Source of the DNA: Escherichia coli
GTDB taxonomy: Bacteria; Pseudomonadota; Gammaproteobacteria; Enterobacterales; Enterobacteriaceae
Assembly (NCBI RefSeq): GCF_024298765.1
Contig: NZ_CP101212.1
Length of the DNA: 64,000 bases
Direction: 5' to 3' (one strand)
Shown: positions 30,979 through 40,923 of the stretch, piece by piece
Layout: the number at the start of each line of letters is the position of its first letter
How positions within the stretch are numbered: the stretch's first letter is position 1
Made by a program: the position numbers and the translations under genes
Notes under the pieces: generated by a model
The model's input: only the letters and a program-made list of their open reading frames with translations
Databases searched by the model: none
Told to the model about the DNA's origin: nothing

Positions 30979-31045
30979 ACCATCCTGCACTTACAATGCA
31001 CAGAAGGAGTGAGCACAGAAAGAAGTCTTGAACTTTTCCGGGCAT
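30971..31045 (-). CDS. tap: Tap/RepA6-like leader peptide (24 aa)
   Basis: [24 protein letters not shown]; its stop overlaps the GTG start of repA' as expected for tap-repA coupling. Confidence 0.6.
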
Positions 31046-31160
31046 ATAACTATACTCCCCGCATAGCTGAATTGTTGGCTATGCGGTTTTATGGGGCCCC
31101 GGTAATCTTTCTAGTCGCCAAACTTGAAGAAGATTATCGGGGTTTTCGCTTTTCTGGCTC
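31046..31160 (+). ncRNA. copA: Predicted CopA-type antisense RNA region (coordinates approximate)
   Basis: Expected antisense to the repA leader between copB and tap; plus-strand hairpins with U-tracts at 31059-31091 and about 31098-31150; boundaries not resolved. Confidence 0.25.
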
Positions 31161-31276
31161 CTGTAAATCCACATCAGAACCAGTTCCCTGCCACCTTACG
31201 GCGTGGCCAGCCACAAAATTCCTTAAACGATCAGCAATCTACCACTCACTCCTGAGATAAGCAAGAATGTGAATAT

Positions 31277-31534
31277 TTACGAAGTCGCTCTGCGTTTCAG
31301 CTCTGATTCAATCAGTTTTTCAAGCATCTGCGCCTGAGTAATACCTTCCTCATCCGCCAGTTCACTCAGCCTGTCTTTTAACCGGGCCTGAATAACCGCA
31401 TGAAAAGCCTTATGAGTGTTGCTTCTGCGAGCCAGAGAAGCTCTTTGCCTCTCTCTGGCCGGAACAGGGTTACCTTTCCGGTATGTACGCTTGGTGCCTG
31501 ATGAGGAAGTCACTGCATTTTCTGTCTGCGACAT
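31277..31534 (-). CDS. repA2: RepA2 / CopB transcriptional repressor
   Basis: 85 aa [11 protein letters not shown]...; 286 bp upstream of repA', the usual copB-to-repA spacing. Confidence 0.85.
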   Translation of the reverse strand: MSQTENAVTSSSGTKRTYRKGNPVPARERQRASLARRSNTHKAFHAVIQARLKDRLSELADEEGITQAQMLEKLIESELKRRATS

Positions 31535-31789
31535 CTCGCCTCCTCAATTCTCAAACAGGGATCGTTTCGCAGAGAATACTACAGTTTTTTGAAATCAGCG
31601 ACTTGAAAGTTGTGACGATGATCTGTGTTGGCGCACAAATCATGTCTGATTACGACCGTTTAATGTGATTTTGATAATGAAATGACTGAAAAGCTGGAAA
31701 TGCCTTAGCCAGGGTGCCGGCCCCGGGCGGGACCGGCTGTTTCTGGTATATAGGGTGTCTGCCCCTGAAATACCTCACACTTCCGGAAA

Positions 31790-31809
31790 GCGGGGACTTC
31801 CGTCCCCGC
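31790..31809 (-). terminator. Hairpin just downstream of the srnB stop
   Basis: gcggggac-ttcc-gtccccgc, perfect 8 bp stem; short U stretch on the minus strand. Confidence 0.3.
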
Positions 31810-31817
31810 CCGGCAGC

Positions 31818-32024
31818 TTACTTCCGTGCTTCGTAGGCCAGAGTTACCTGCACCACTGTATTTCCTCTGTGAATATTCAGCTCACATAACCGTTCCCTGA
31901 ATATCAGTGAAAAACACAACACCGTGGCGCACACGGCGAGCAACCCGATAAGGGCATATTTCGTCATAAACTTTGACCTCTCAGCAAAGAAGAGGCTACA
32001 ATCAGTAGTGTTAAGGTACTTCAT
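31818..32024 (-). CDS. srnB: Hok/Gef-family type I toxin, SrnB-like
   Basis: 68 aa MKYLNTTDCSLFFAERSKFMTKYALIGLLAVCATVLCFSLIFRERLCELNIHRGNTVVQVTLAYEARK; single TM with the hok-family C-terminal motif. Confidence 0.8.
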   Translation of the reverse strand: MKYLNTTDCSLFFAERSKFMTKYALIGLLAVCATVLCFSLIFRERLCELNIHRGNTVVQVTLAYEARK

Positions 32025-32483
32025 GCAGACCTCACGAGTTAATGGATTAACGAGTGGGGTCTTCGCATTTCTGGTACCTGCGTCTTGCCTGAACCAGAAA
32101 GGCTCAAACACCCGCCGCGATAATACCACATTCCCTGTTGCTGACTATTACCCCCATTTGCCTGTTTTTGTTACAAAAACGCCGGGAGCGGGGGAAAACT
32201 TACTTTTTCCCGTTTCCGGGGGGGACAACTGAGCATTGCGAACGCGTCAGCTACGATGTTCCGGTGATTGCTGATCAGCCCCTGTTGTATTCATAAACTA
32301 ATTAACATTCATTCTGTCTGGTGCATAAATCTGCCCGTGAACATCTGCAGACAATACCGGCCATGAAAAGATAAATAATACCAGTGGAATATATTTCCTC
32401 ATGTTATTCTCCATATCAGATAAATGGCACCTGTATTTCAGCCCCCCTGAATATCGCAGCACACATTGAATAAGACCTTATTT

Positions 32484-32499
32484 TGTGAAATTAATCACA
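32484..32499. promoter_or_regulatory. Perfect CRP consensus site TGTGA-N6-TCACA
   Basis: tgtgaaattaatcaca; both half-sites match exactly, in an AT-rich promoter-like region with TATAAA downstream. Confidence 0.5.
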
Positions 32500-32606
32500 A
32501 AATATAAAATCGCGACTTAATACGGAAAAAACTCTGTGCTACTCAGAACTGGCCGGTCATACTGCCCGACCGGATATTAAAAAAAGCAAATCTCATAAAC
32601 TCCTTT

Positions 32607-32647
32607 CAGCCTTCTGACTCCTGGAGTAATGAAGGCTGCTTTTTTCG
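32607..32647 (+). terminator. Plus-strand hairpin plus U-tract
   Basis: cagccttc ... gaaggctg stem with a 16 nt loop followed by CTTTTTTC. Confidence 0.35.
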
Positions 32648-32860
32648 TTACACCCTTCCCCGGCAGCGCCGGTGGCAGTGTTCAGCCCTTTTCCGGGCAA
32701 ACTGTTGCCAGTCTGTCCGGGGAGCTATGCAGGCAGCCCGTCGCCATGCTTCTGCCGCTTCCATCCAGCGTCCACTGACCTCCAGAATAACGGCCCGCCC
32801 GCCGGCACGCTGGTAACGCCAGACCTGACCGTTCCGTGAACTGTTTCTGAATCCATTCAT
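32648..32860 (-). CDS. Hypothetical small protein (70 aa)
   Basis: ORF only; no recognisable motifs. Confidence 0.3.
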   Translation of the reverse strand: MNGFRNSSRNGQVWRYQRAGGRAVILEVSGRWMEAAEAWRRAACIAPRTDWQQFARKRAEHCHRRCRGRV

Positions 32861-32967
32861 TTTTCTGCTCCTCCCTTTTAGTCGTCAGTATTATTGTGGT
32901 AAATAATTCAGTGGACTGGCTTCCTTTCGGGTACGGAAGTTATTTCCTTTTAAGCCTTATTGTTTCA

Positions 32968-32997
32968 GCCTCCCCGGTTTCCGGGGAGGCTTTTTTT
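32968..32997 (+). terminator. Hairpin gcctccccgg-ttt-ccggggaggc plus T-run, abutting the finO stop
   Basis: Perfect 10 bp GC-rich stem followed by TTTTTTT on the plus strand; on the minus strand it follows the finO stop with an A-tract before it. Confidence 0.45.
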
Positions 32998-33556
32998 ATT
33001 TCCCATCAAGCACGGCCTGAAGTTCTGCCTTTGTCCGGTTCTGGCGGCGAATTTTCTCCAAACGCCCTGCCGCATACGCTTCCTCCTCCTGAGAAATATG
33101 CTCCGTCACATACCCTTCCGTGTCATACCGGCAGGCACCGGCTTTCATGGCACACAGATAGCTTTCTGAACGGGTGATGGCCTTCAGCGCCCGGCGCAGT
33201 TTTTTATGCGAGAGCGGGATATTCCGCTGCGCCACGTCTTCCAGTAACACGTCCCGGATACCGCAGGCCAGAAGCCGGGGCGTGTTACCGTCAAACAATC
33301 CCGGCCACCAAGGTTTCAGAGTGTTCACCGCCTCATCCAGCGAGGGCAGCGTCAGATAAATGGACAGCGCCTGTCTGGCCTGTGCTTTCTTCGCCGCCAG
33401 CTCTGCTTCCCGGGCAGCCTTCTCCGCCAGTTTCTGCTTTTTCACCTTCCATTTTGGTGGCGTGGTGACATTGATGATGGTTTTCCGGCTCCGGGTCGGT
33501 GTTTCCCCTTCCGTTTTCCGTTTCAGTGTCAGTACCGGTCGTTTCTGCTCTGTCAT
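32996..33556 (-). CDS. finO: Fertility inhibition protein FinO
   Basis: 186 aa, basic N-terminus, matches F-like FinO; uninterrupted. Confidence 0.92.
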   Translation of the reverse strand: MTEQKRPVLTLKRKTEGETPTRSRKTIINVTTPPKWKVKKQKLAEKAAREAELAAKKAQARQALSIYLTLPSLDEAVNTLKPWWPGLFDGNTPRLLACGIRDVLLEDVAQRNIPLSHKKLRRALKAITRSESYLCAMKAGACRYDTEGYVTEHISQEEEAYAAGRLEKIRRQNRTKAELQAVLDGK

Positions 33557-33658
33557 GATTGCCCTGACCTTTGTGAAAATATGTCCTCCAGGTCGTTGAA
33601 ACTACTCACTATGATATTAAGCTGACCTCAACGACCTCTGACATATTAATACCGACAA

Positions 33659-34519
33659 TTAAAGATGTTTTTTAAACCATTGCGTCTGTACTGCCGCCAC
33701 ACGTTCAAAAAACGCGCCTTTATAAATATCATAATGGCATGCGTCAGCTTCCTCGTATAATTCCTTAGTACCAGAAGCAACAGCATCATATAAGGCTCTT
33801 CCCTGTTCTGGTGGATTAACACTATCCTGGCCGGCAATAACAACCAAAACTGGGCACTGTACTTTGGCTGCGCTCTCTGCCGGTTTATATTGCAACGTCT
33901 CCATAACCGTAAGGAAAGGTATTTTTATATCCATTTCAGGATACTGACCTTTTACCTTCTCGAAGAATACCTTTGATTCATTATCACTCAGTACCCGGGT
34001 AACCCCCACAAACATCTCTTTCCCGGTATTTTTCTTCTTTTCTGCCATTTTATTCAGCGTGGACAGAAAAGAAGCTTTCTCCAGTTCATTCATTTCTCCG
34101 GTAACCAGAACCTCACCGTCAGCAAAAGCCAGCTGGCTGACAATACTTTTCACTCTTTTATCCTGCGCAGCTGCATTGAATACATGACACCCACCCAGCG
34201 ATGTTCCCCATAATCCTATACGCTGATTATCAATACATACCTGCTTTTCTGCCCAATTGATAACTGAAATAATATCTTCGGTCTGCATTGCCGGAACCAG
34301 ACGACCTCGTTCCCCTTCACTCTCACCGAATCCACGATAATCAAAAGTAATCGTTGCAAACCCGGCTTCTGTAAACGCATTCGCAAAGGAAGGCAGCAGA
34401 ACATTCCGGATACCGCAAAATCCATGGCATAAGAGAATCAAAGGATGTTTTATATTTCCTTCCGGGACACGAAATGTCAGGGCAATACCTTCAGGGAGTT
34501 TGTGATCCGTAATTTTCAT
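33659..34519 (-). CDS. Alpha/beta-fold hydrolase
   Basis: 286 aa; GTSLGG nucleophile elbow; between traX and finO. Confidence 0.8.
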   Translation of the reverse strand: MKITDHKLPEGIALTFRVPEGNIKHPLILLCHGFCGIRNVLLPSFANAFTEAGFATITFDYRGFGESEGERGRLVPAMQTEDIISVINWAEKQVCIDNQRIGLWGTSLGGCHVFNAAAQDKRVKSIVSQLAFADGEVLVTGEMNELEKASFLSTLNKMAEKKKNTGKEMFVGVTRVLSDNESKVFFEKVKGQYPEMDIKIPFLTVMETLQYKPAESAAKVQCPVLVVIAGQDSVNPPEQGRALYDAVASGTKELYEEADACHYDIYKGAFFERVAAVQTQWFKKHL

Positions 34520-34577
34520 AAATATCCTGTGTTATGTTGTTTATTAATAAGCAGAATCAGCGCCAGCATCATACCAG

Positions 34578-35324
34578 TCACACAGCCAGAACGCCCAGCA
34601 CAGTAAGATGACAGGCATAGAACGTCGGGAAAAAATCCCCGTACCAGAAACGGGGTAGTGATTTCCCTGTACAGGACACCAGACCAACAGTCAGCACCGT
34701 CATCACAAGGCCGGCCACCGCCGCTGCATCACTGGTGGCAAGGTTAAGCGCCGGAATAACAGCCAGCAGGCAGGCGACCAGCGCCAGACGTTCCATTCTG
34801 TCTTCCGCCCGGTACAGCCTGTGGCTGACTGCCAGCATCAGCAGCCCGGCAATGCCGTAACTGGTGCCGGAGAAAGGCAACCACATTGCCAGAAGCAACA
34901 TGGTCTCTGCGGAACGCCACCAGGTGCGCGTTTCACACCATGTCAGCACCTGTGCCGCAACTGCAAAGGCAAACAGGATATTCCCCTCATACCAAGGAAA
35001 GCCGGCCAGATAATATGCGAACTGGGCAATCACCGCCCATCCCCACAGCCGGTTAATGGCCTCCTGCCGGATATGCGTATGACGGGACAGATTCAGCCCC
35101 CACACCAGGGCAAACAGCGGAAAGGCCCCACGCCCGACCAGAAACATCCACGACTGGTCCAGATGCAGAATGCGGTTTGCATGGTCCAGAACCATCAGCA
35201 CCAGTGCCACCGTTTTGATGATATCCCGCTGTCCGGGTGACCAGACCAGCAACGACTGCAACCAGGTATCGGTCCGGGCAGCCAGTGAATCATTACGTGT
35301 TGTGTTCGTGTTATCCGTTGTCAT
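34578..35324 (-). CDS. traX: F-pilin acetylase TraX
   Basis: 248 aa polytopic membrane protein; synteny. Confidence 0.9.
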   Translation of the reverse strand: MTTDNTNTTRNDSLAARTDTWLQSLLVWSPGQRDIIKTVALVLMVLDHANRILHLDQSWMFLVGRGAFPLFALVWGLNLSRHTHIRQEAINRLWGWAVIAQFAYYLAGFPWYEGNILFAFAVAAQVLTWCETRTWWRSAETMLLLAMWLPFSGTSYGIAGLLMLAVSHRLYRAEDRMERLALVACLLAVIPALNLATSDAAAVAGLVMTVLTVGLVSCTGKSLPRFWYGDFFPTFYACHLTVLGVLAV

Positions 35325-35343
35325 CAGCGTTTATCTTCCTGTG

Positions 35344-38300
35344 TCAGTCTCCGCCCAGGGTTTTCTCTTTCTGCAGGTCACGAACCATATCCCGCTCCAT
35401 CTGCTGCAGTCGCTCCTGCAGCAGATTTTCCCGGGCAACCTCCCGGACCGCTTCCCGCACCCGTTGTGGTTCACGCAGTACACTCTCCGGCAGCGCGGCT
35501 TCCCGTTCAGATATGGCAGACCGGTCACGCTCCAGCCCGGCAATATCCCTGACAGCCTGCTCTGTTTTGCCGTCCGGCAGGTCAGGTTTGTTCTCTGCCA
35601 TTTTACGGACAATTTCATCCGCACGGCGTTCCGTTTCACGGCGGATGGCCTCTTCAGCCTGCCGCTGTGCCAGTACCTCTGCCGTGACCGGTTCGCCATT
35701 TCCGGCTCCCGGCTGAACGCTGTTGTCCGGGATATCCCCCCACACGCGACCACCGGTGATGGTTCTGGGATTCCACGGACGACCTTCACCGGCGATTCTT
35801 ACCACCACACCGCTGTCAGGATTATCACGGGCAATCCGGACACCATCCTGCATATTATCAGCCAGCAGGCTCTCTCCGTTACGGCTGCCCTGCAGGGCCA
35901 CGAACTGCGCATCCCCGCTGCCTTTCACCCGGCCTTCACCACTGAAGCCCCGCAGCCCGTTTCCGTCATCCGTGGTCAGCGGGTTCAGCCAGATACCAGC
36001 TGACTTGCCGTTACGGTCAAAAGCCGGCAGTGCCACATACGGCTGCGGATATTTGCGCCCGGGTGCAATAAACCGTGCAGGACTGTCTCCCCCGGCCAGC
36101 CCTGCCTGACGGAGAACGGCACGGCCGGCCACCACGTCCCGCAGCTCCCGCGCCGTACTGAACAGCCGCTCTGCATTCATGACCTCCCGGTCCGATTTCG
36201 GCTCCAGCACATCGTGGGCAGTTCCTTTCTGTACGGCATTGTTGATGGCATCCGTCCAGCCCTGACGGTTATCGGTGTACACCTGCACATGCTGCTTCAT
36301 ACGCGACAGGGCCACGTAGGCTGACTCAAAGCCGGCCATCAGTTTCCGGTTACCTTCCGTGCCTTCAAGCGCGATGGCAAAGGTTTCACTTGCCCCCTGC
36401 GCACCGTGGGCGGTGATGGCATAAGCCAGGTCAATATGTTGCTCTGCCCGCTCCTGACCTGGGCGAATCACCCGGATCTGCTGTCCGTCCGACAGCGTGA
36501 CACTGTCACCGGAAACCGCTGTCACCGTCCAGACGCTGTTGGCCACATAACCTCGCTCCCGGTCACTCTTCGTGAAGCGCATCCGGTCACCGGTTCCCAC
36601 CCGGATGGTGTCCGGGGTGTACAGTGTGACGCCTTCAGCCACCGCCTCCCGGGGCGAAATCAGCCGCGTGTTACCTTCCGCATCCTCCAGGGTTATCAGC
36701 CCGTCATCCTTGCTGATACCGGCAATCCGGTGATACACACTATCCACCAGGGCAAGGGCATCCGGGTTATTCTCCCAGGTGGAGAGACGACGCAGTTCTC
36801 CGTCACGTATATTCGCTGTGTTCAGGACAGGCACCATGACCTGCTCTTTGCCCAGCTCACCGGCCTTTTCCCGTGCATCATGAATCATGCTGTTCAGTAC
36901 GCGCCGGTCCTCATTCAGGTGTGTGACAATCAGCGTCTGCTCCCGTGCTTCCGGTGTCCTGCCGGTATAGTCGCGGACAATGGCTTCATACAGTGTCATG
37001 GGGATATCCGGGAAAGCCTCGCCTTTCAGCATCGCCTTCTGCTGCGCTTCTGCCAGTTTCGCTTCCTGGCTGTGACTGAACTCCGTCACGGAGTGCTCCG
37101 GTGCCCATGCGCCCTCCTGACGGGGAACCTGAGACGGTTTCACACTCTCAAGCCCGGACAGTGCCCTTTCCACATCCCGGTTAATCAGGCTGTATACCGC
37201 CTCCCGCAGTTCCGGCGTCTGACGCACAATCTCCTTCATGATGACCACATCGGCAGCACTGCGCGTCTGCTGGAGACGGAAAGGCTGACCGGGCGCGATG
37301 GCCTGCAACTGGTCCGTGTCACCACTGGCCACGGCACGACCGCCACCGGCCGCAATCAGGGCGTATGCCCGTGCCATGTCGGTATTGCCCACCATAGAGC
37401 TCTCATCGAGCAGGAACAGCGTGTTGCTGAAATTCGGCGTTTCTCCGCTGCGCTGCAGCAGCTGCGTGTCATGCAGAAAGGACGCCAGCGTCTGTGCATC
37501 CACGCCGGCGCTGCGCATCTCACCGACCGCACGGTGCGTGGGCCCCAGCCCCACGACACGGGGACGTTCACTCTCCGGCAGCATGTTCACGGCTGACATC
37601 ACCGCCCGGAACTGTGTGGTCTTACCCACACCGGCATAGCCCTGCACCACCGTGAAACGGTCGGACGTTTCCAGTATCATGCGGGTAGCGGCACGCTGTC
37701 CTGATGTCAGTTTCTCCATGAGTTCGCCAGGTACTCTCTCCATCAGTGGCGTGACCGCCTCCTTACCTTCGAGAATATGGCGAAGAATGCTCTTTTCTGC
37801 CTCATACGACGCACGGGAAACCAGCAGGCCTGTGCCATAGCCTTTTGCCACATCCACATACAGTAAATCACCGCGTTTTATCTGCGCATTGATTTCCCCT
37901 CCCAGTTCAGTAAAACTGGTTCCTTCTGCAGCAAACGACTTCGCCTCTGTCAGCAGGTCCACCATGCTGAAGGCCAGGTTTTTACTTTCCACCACAGGAA
38001 GCGCCAGATGAATAGCCTGCTGTGCCGGCGTGTGAAGCCCGGTTTTCTGCAGACTGATAGCGGTTTCCAGCAATGTCTCACCGGCACGCGCCTTTATCTG
38101 CTCAGAAACCACCGTAAAGGAGGGATGGCGGGCAAGTTTTTCCGCAGTACGGGTTTCATCCAGTGAGGAATACAGCCGGACATCACGACCGCTGCGGGCC
38201 AGACCGTTCAGGGTGGCGTTGTCCATTGCCATCTGTGTGACGGAGGCAAAAACCTTCGCACTGTCGCTGACGGAATGCCCGGGCGTTTCCACCCAGCCGT

Positions 38301-40614
38301 TCTCCAGCTTCAGTGCCATGAATGGTGAATCGCTCACAGGCAGGGAGGCCGGTTCAGCCCGCCCCGGCACAACAACCGTCATCGCATCTTCACTGACGGA
38401 TGCCACCTGCAGGCGGTCACCGCCGGAGACGCGGAGTCCGGGAATTTTCCCTGTCACCCTCAGTCGCTCGCCGTCTGCCACCGGCATTTTTTCCGGCCGG
38501 AACAGCGACCAGCTGCTGTCCAGGGAGGAAATACGCACCACCTGCGTTTCATCCTGCGCATCCCGCAGGGTCAGGCTGTTACTCTGCGCCGTCACCCGGT
38601 CGATAACATAGCGGTCATGACTGCGTGTCTCCGGGTTCCACTGCTCCATCACCATCCCCGGACGGTACATATCCCGCAGATAACGGCTCCGGCTGTCCAG
38701 CCAGACCGGCGACAGGGCGGTCATGGTTACCTCCGGGCGTCCGAGCACGCCCTGTGTTTTCAGCTCACTGCGAATGGCCTGTGTCAGTATGGCCTGTTCC
38801 CGTACCCCGCTGACCTGTGCCACGCTCTCTTCTCCGGCTTTCACGCTGGCAGCAAAATCTCCTGCCAGCCGGGCATAGCGGACATTACGGTCCGGTTCAC
38901 TGATGATGGTGGCCGGCCGCTGTTCTCCCCCCTGCCAGCGATATGTGTTCACCCCGGCATCTTTCATGGCCATCAGTGCACTGCCTGTACCGGTTCGCTG
39001 CCCGCTGTCGGTTATCAGGACCTGTACGTTATGACGTGCGGCACCGTCCAGCAGGGTTAACGTCTCTTTCAGGGAGAGTTTTTCGCCCTGGTCAACGATA
39101 ACAGTATTGCCCGGCGTGAAGGCCATGCCCTCCTGCAGCTGACGACGTCCGGTTATCAGCTCACCGGACAGCCGTTCATCCTGCTTCAGGTTCATCTGCG
39201 AGCGACGGTCAGCGGCGATAATCTGCACCTCCCGCCCCTGCTCCCGGGCCATCATGACCAGCTCCGCCACCCGCTCACGCTGCCCGGCTGCACCGCCCTG
39301 CCCGGACACAATAGCCAGCGACGGGCGATCCTGTGCCAGAACACTGACCGCATCGCTGTAACCGGCCGTCCGGGGGACACTTTTCTCCGGATGTACGGTC
39401 ACCCGGTTCTGTTTCATGATGTCACGACTGAGTGCCCGGACTGACAGCTCATCGAGCACATGAATCCCGGACGTGAACAGCCCCTTCTCACGATCGAGGG
39501 GGATAAGCTGCTCACGGCTGATGGCCTCATCGATACCGGCGCGTGCCCGTTCAATCACACCATTTTCCGGCGGCAGTATGCCGACCGTTCTGGCCAGCAC
39601 GTCCGTGTACGTAAACTGCACTTTGCGTTCACTTAATCCGGCAATGGCCTGTGTCACCGCCTGCTGCACATCCGGCCCGTCCTGTGAAGCGGGTCCGGGC
39701 GTCTGCGTGCGGGTCTCCGCCCGTTGGTCCGCCGCGTCACGATACGCCCGGATGTCGAACCCGGTTTCCTTCAGCGTCTGCATCCATTCAGCCATTCTGA
39801 CTTCAGGATCGACGTGCTGTTTGGATTTTCGCGTATCCAGTGCCGCCACATCCCGGGATTTCAGCGAGGCGTCTTCCCCGACGGCCTCCCGGATAGCCTG
39901 TGAGCGTCCGGAGAAGGCCTCCACCGGTACGCCCGGCATCTCCCACATACCGTGCTTACCAACCACTTCCGTTTCATAGCCTAGCGCCTCAACCTGCTCT
40001 TTCAGTTTTTCCCGGTAGAGCCTGCCGAAGGCAATCTGATTAGCGTACACATTCTCAATGAACCCCGTTTTCCCCACTTTGTCACTGCTCAATGTCTTCC
40101 ACTCGCCGTTATGCTGCGTGACATTGGCCACTACCGCATGTGTGTGTAACTGTGGTTCCTGATCGCGACTGGTGTCGTGGTTAAACAGTGCCATCACCAG
40201 ATTACCGGTCAGCACCGTTTCTGACTGTCCGTCCGTCATAACCCGTGTGGAAGCCAGCGCCTCCACCTGACGGACAGCAAAATCCACGGCCTGGTTATGT
40301 GCATCAATAAGACGTTTATCACCGCCTAACATGGCCATCACGGAGACACTTTTGGGGGCGGAGAAGGTCAGGTCGTAGCCGGGACGATGCTTATTACTGC
40401 CATCCTGCATGCGGCTTAAATCCGCTCCGTCCGGCAGCTTCCCCTCCAGAAGACGGGTAAAAACATCCTTATCGACGCTGCCCTGCAGCCCCAGCTGTTC
40501 AGCCCCCCTGCCGGCCCAGCGTTCTCCCATGCTGCCCAGCACATAGTAATTATCCTTGTCGGTATAATAGTTACCGGCACTTCCGGCCGATCTGACCTGC
40601 GCGATACTCATCAT
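35344..40614 (-). CDS. traI: Relaxase/helicase TraI
   Basis: 1756 aa from MMSIAQVRSAGSAGNYYTDKDNYY; relaxase N-terminus plus helicase Walker motifs. Confidence 0.95.
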   Translation of the reverse strand: MMSIAQVRSAGSAGNYYTDKDNYYVLGSMGERWAGRGAEQLGLQGSVDKDVFTRLLEGKLPDGADLSRMQDGSNKHRPGYDLTFSAPKSVSVMAMLGGDKRLIDAHNQAVDFAVRQVEALASTRVMTDGQSETVLTGNLVMALFNHDTSRDQEPQLHTHAVVANVTQHNGEWKTLSSDKVGKTGFIENVYANQIAFGRLYREKLKEQVEALGYETEVVGKHGMWEMPGVPVEAFSGRSQAIREAVGEDASLKSRDVAALDTRKSKQHVDPEVRMAEWMQTLKETGFDIRAYRDAADQRAETRTQTPGPASQDGPDVQQAVTQAIAGLSERKVQFTYTDVLARTVGILPPENGVIERARAGIDEAISREQLIPLDREKGLFTSGIHVLDELSVRALSRDIMKQNRVTVHPEKSVPRTAGYSDAVSVLAQDRPSLAIVSGQGGAAGQRERVAELVMMAREQGREVQIIAADRRSQMNLKQDERLSGELITGRRQLQEGMAFTPGNTVIVDQGEKLSLKETLTLLDGAARHNVQVLITDSGQRTGTGSALMAMKDAGVNTYRWQGGEQRPATIISEPDRNVRYARLAGDFAASVKAGEESVAQVSGVREQAILTQAIRSELKTQGVLGRPEVTMTALSPVWLDSRSRYLRDMYRPGMVMEQWNPETRSHDRYVIDRVTAQSNSLTLRDAQDETQVVRISSLDSSWSLFRPEKMPVADGERLRVTGKIPGLRVSGGDRLQVASVSEDAMTVVVPGRAEPASLPVSDSPFMALKLENGWVETPGHSVSDSAKVFASVTQMAMDNATLNGLARSGRDVRLYSSLDETRTAEKLARHPSFTVVSEQIKARAGETLLETAISLQKTGLHTPAQQAIHLALPVVESKNLAFSMVDLLTEAKSFAAEGTSFTELGGEINAQIKRGDLLYVDVAKGYGTGLLVSRASYEAEKSILRHILEGKEAVTPLMERVPGELMEKLTSGQRAATRMILETSDRFTVVQGYAGVGKTTQFRAVMSAVNMLPESERPRVVGLGPTHRAVGEMRSAGVDAQTLASFLHDTQLLQRSGETPNFSNTLFLLDESSMVGNTDMARAYALIAAGGGRAVASGDTDQLQAIAPGQPFRLQQTRSAADVVIMKEIVRQTPELREAVYSLINRDVERALSGLESVKPSQVPRQEGAWAPEHSVTEFSHSQEAKLAEAQQKAMLKGEAFPDIPMTLYEAIVRDYTGRTPEAREQTLIVTHLNEDRRVLNSMIHDAREKAGELGKEQVMVPVLNTANIRDGELRRLSTWENNPDALALVDSVYHRIAGISKDDGLITLEDAEGNTRLISPREAVAEGVTLYTPDTIRVGTGDRMRFTKSDRERGYVANSVWTVTAVSGDSVTLSDGQQIRVIRPGQERAEQHIDLAYAITAHGAQGASETFAIALEGTEGNRKLMAGFESAYVALSRMKQHVQVYTDNRQGWTDAINNAVQKGTAHDVLEPKSDREVMNAERLFSTARELRDVVAGRAVLRQAGLAGGDSPARFIAPGRKYPQPYVALPAFDRNGKSAGIWLNPLTTDDGNGLRGFSGEGRVKGSGDAQFVALQGSRNGESLLADNMQDGVRIARDNPDSGVVVRIAGEGRPWNPRTITGGRVWGDIPDNSVQPGAGNGEPVTAEVLAQRQAEEAIRRETERRADEIVRKMAENKPDLPDGKTEQAVRDIAGLERDRSAISEREAALPESVLREPQRVREAVREVARENLLQERLQQMERDMVRDLQKEKTLGGD

Positions 40615-40695
40615 AAACGTATATCCCTTTGACATATCCCGGTATCAATCCCACAATGGATATACACAAGACATATCCACATAAGGAGGCAAATA

Positions 40696-40923
40696 ATGGA
40701 AACCACCGTATTTTTCAGCAACCGCAGCCAGGCGGTCAGACTGCCAAAAGCGGTTGCATTGCCGGAAAACGTAAAACGCGTTGAAGTGATTGCTGTCGGA
40801 CGAACCAGAATCATTACGCCAGCCGGAGAGACATGGGACGAATGGTTCGACGGACACAACGTCAGCGCCGATTTTATGGATAACAGGGAACAGCCCGGCA
40901 TGCAGGAAAGGGAGTCATTCTGA
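40696..40923 (+). CDS. vapB: VapB/VagC antitoxin (AbrB/SpoVT fold)
   Basis: 75 aa; overlaps the vapC start (TGATG). Confidence 0.85.
   Translation: METTVFFSNRSQAVRLPKAVALPENVKRVEVIAVGRTRIITPAGETWDEWFDGHNVSADFMDNREQPGMQERESF

Noticed and set aside
30496-30990. 164 aa ORF from the track taken as a standalone novel gene
   Set aside because: Reinterpreted as repA': the first codon is GTG, the real start is the GTG at 30978 overlapping the tap stop, and the product aligns with RepA1
36406-37596. 396 aa plus-strand ORF, with similar ones at 35170-36003, 41615-42196 and 45144-45671
   Set aside because: They lie antisense inside traI, traD and traG; GC-rich coding regions commonly give long spurious antisense ORFs
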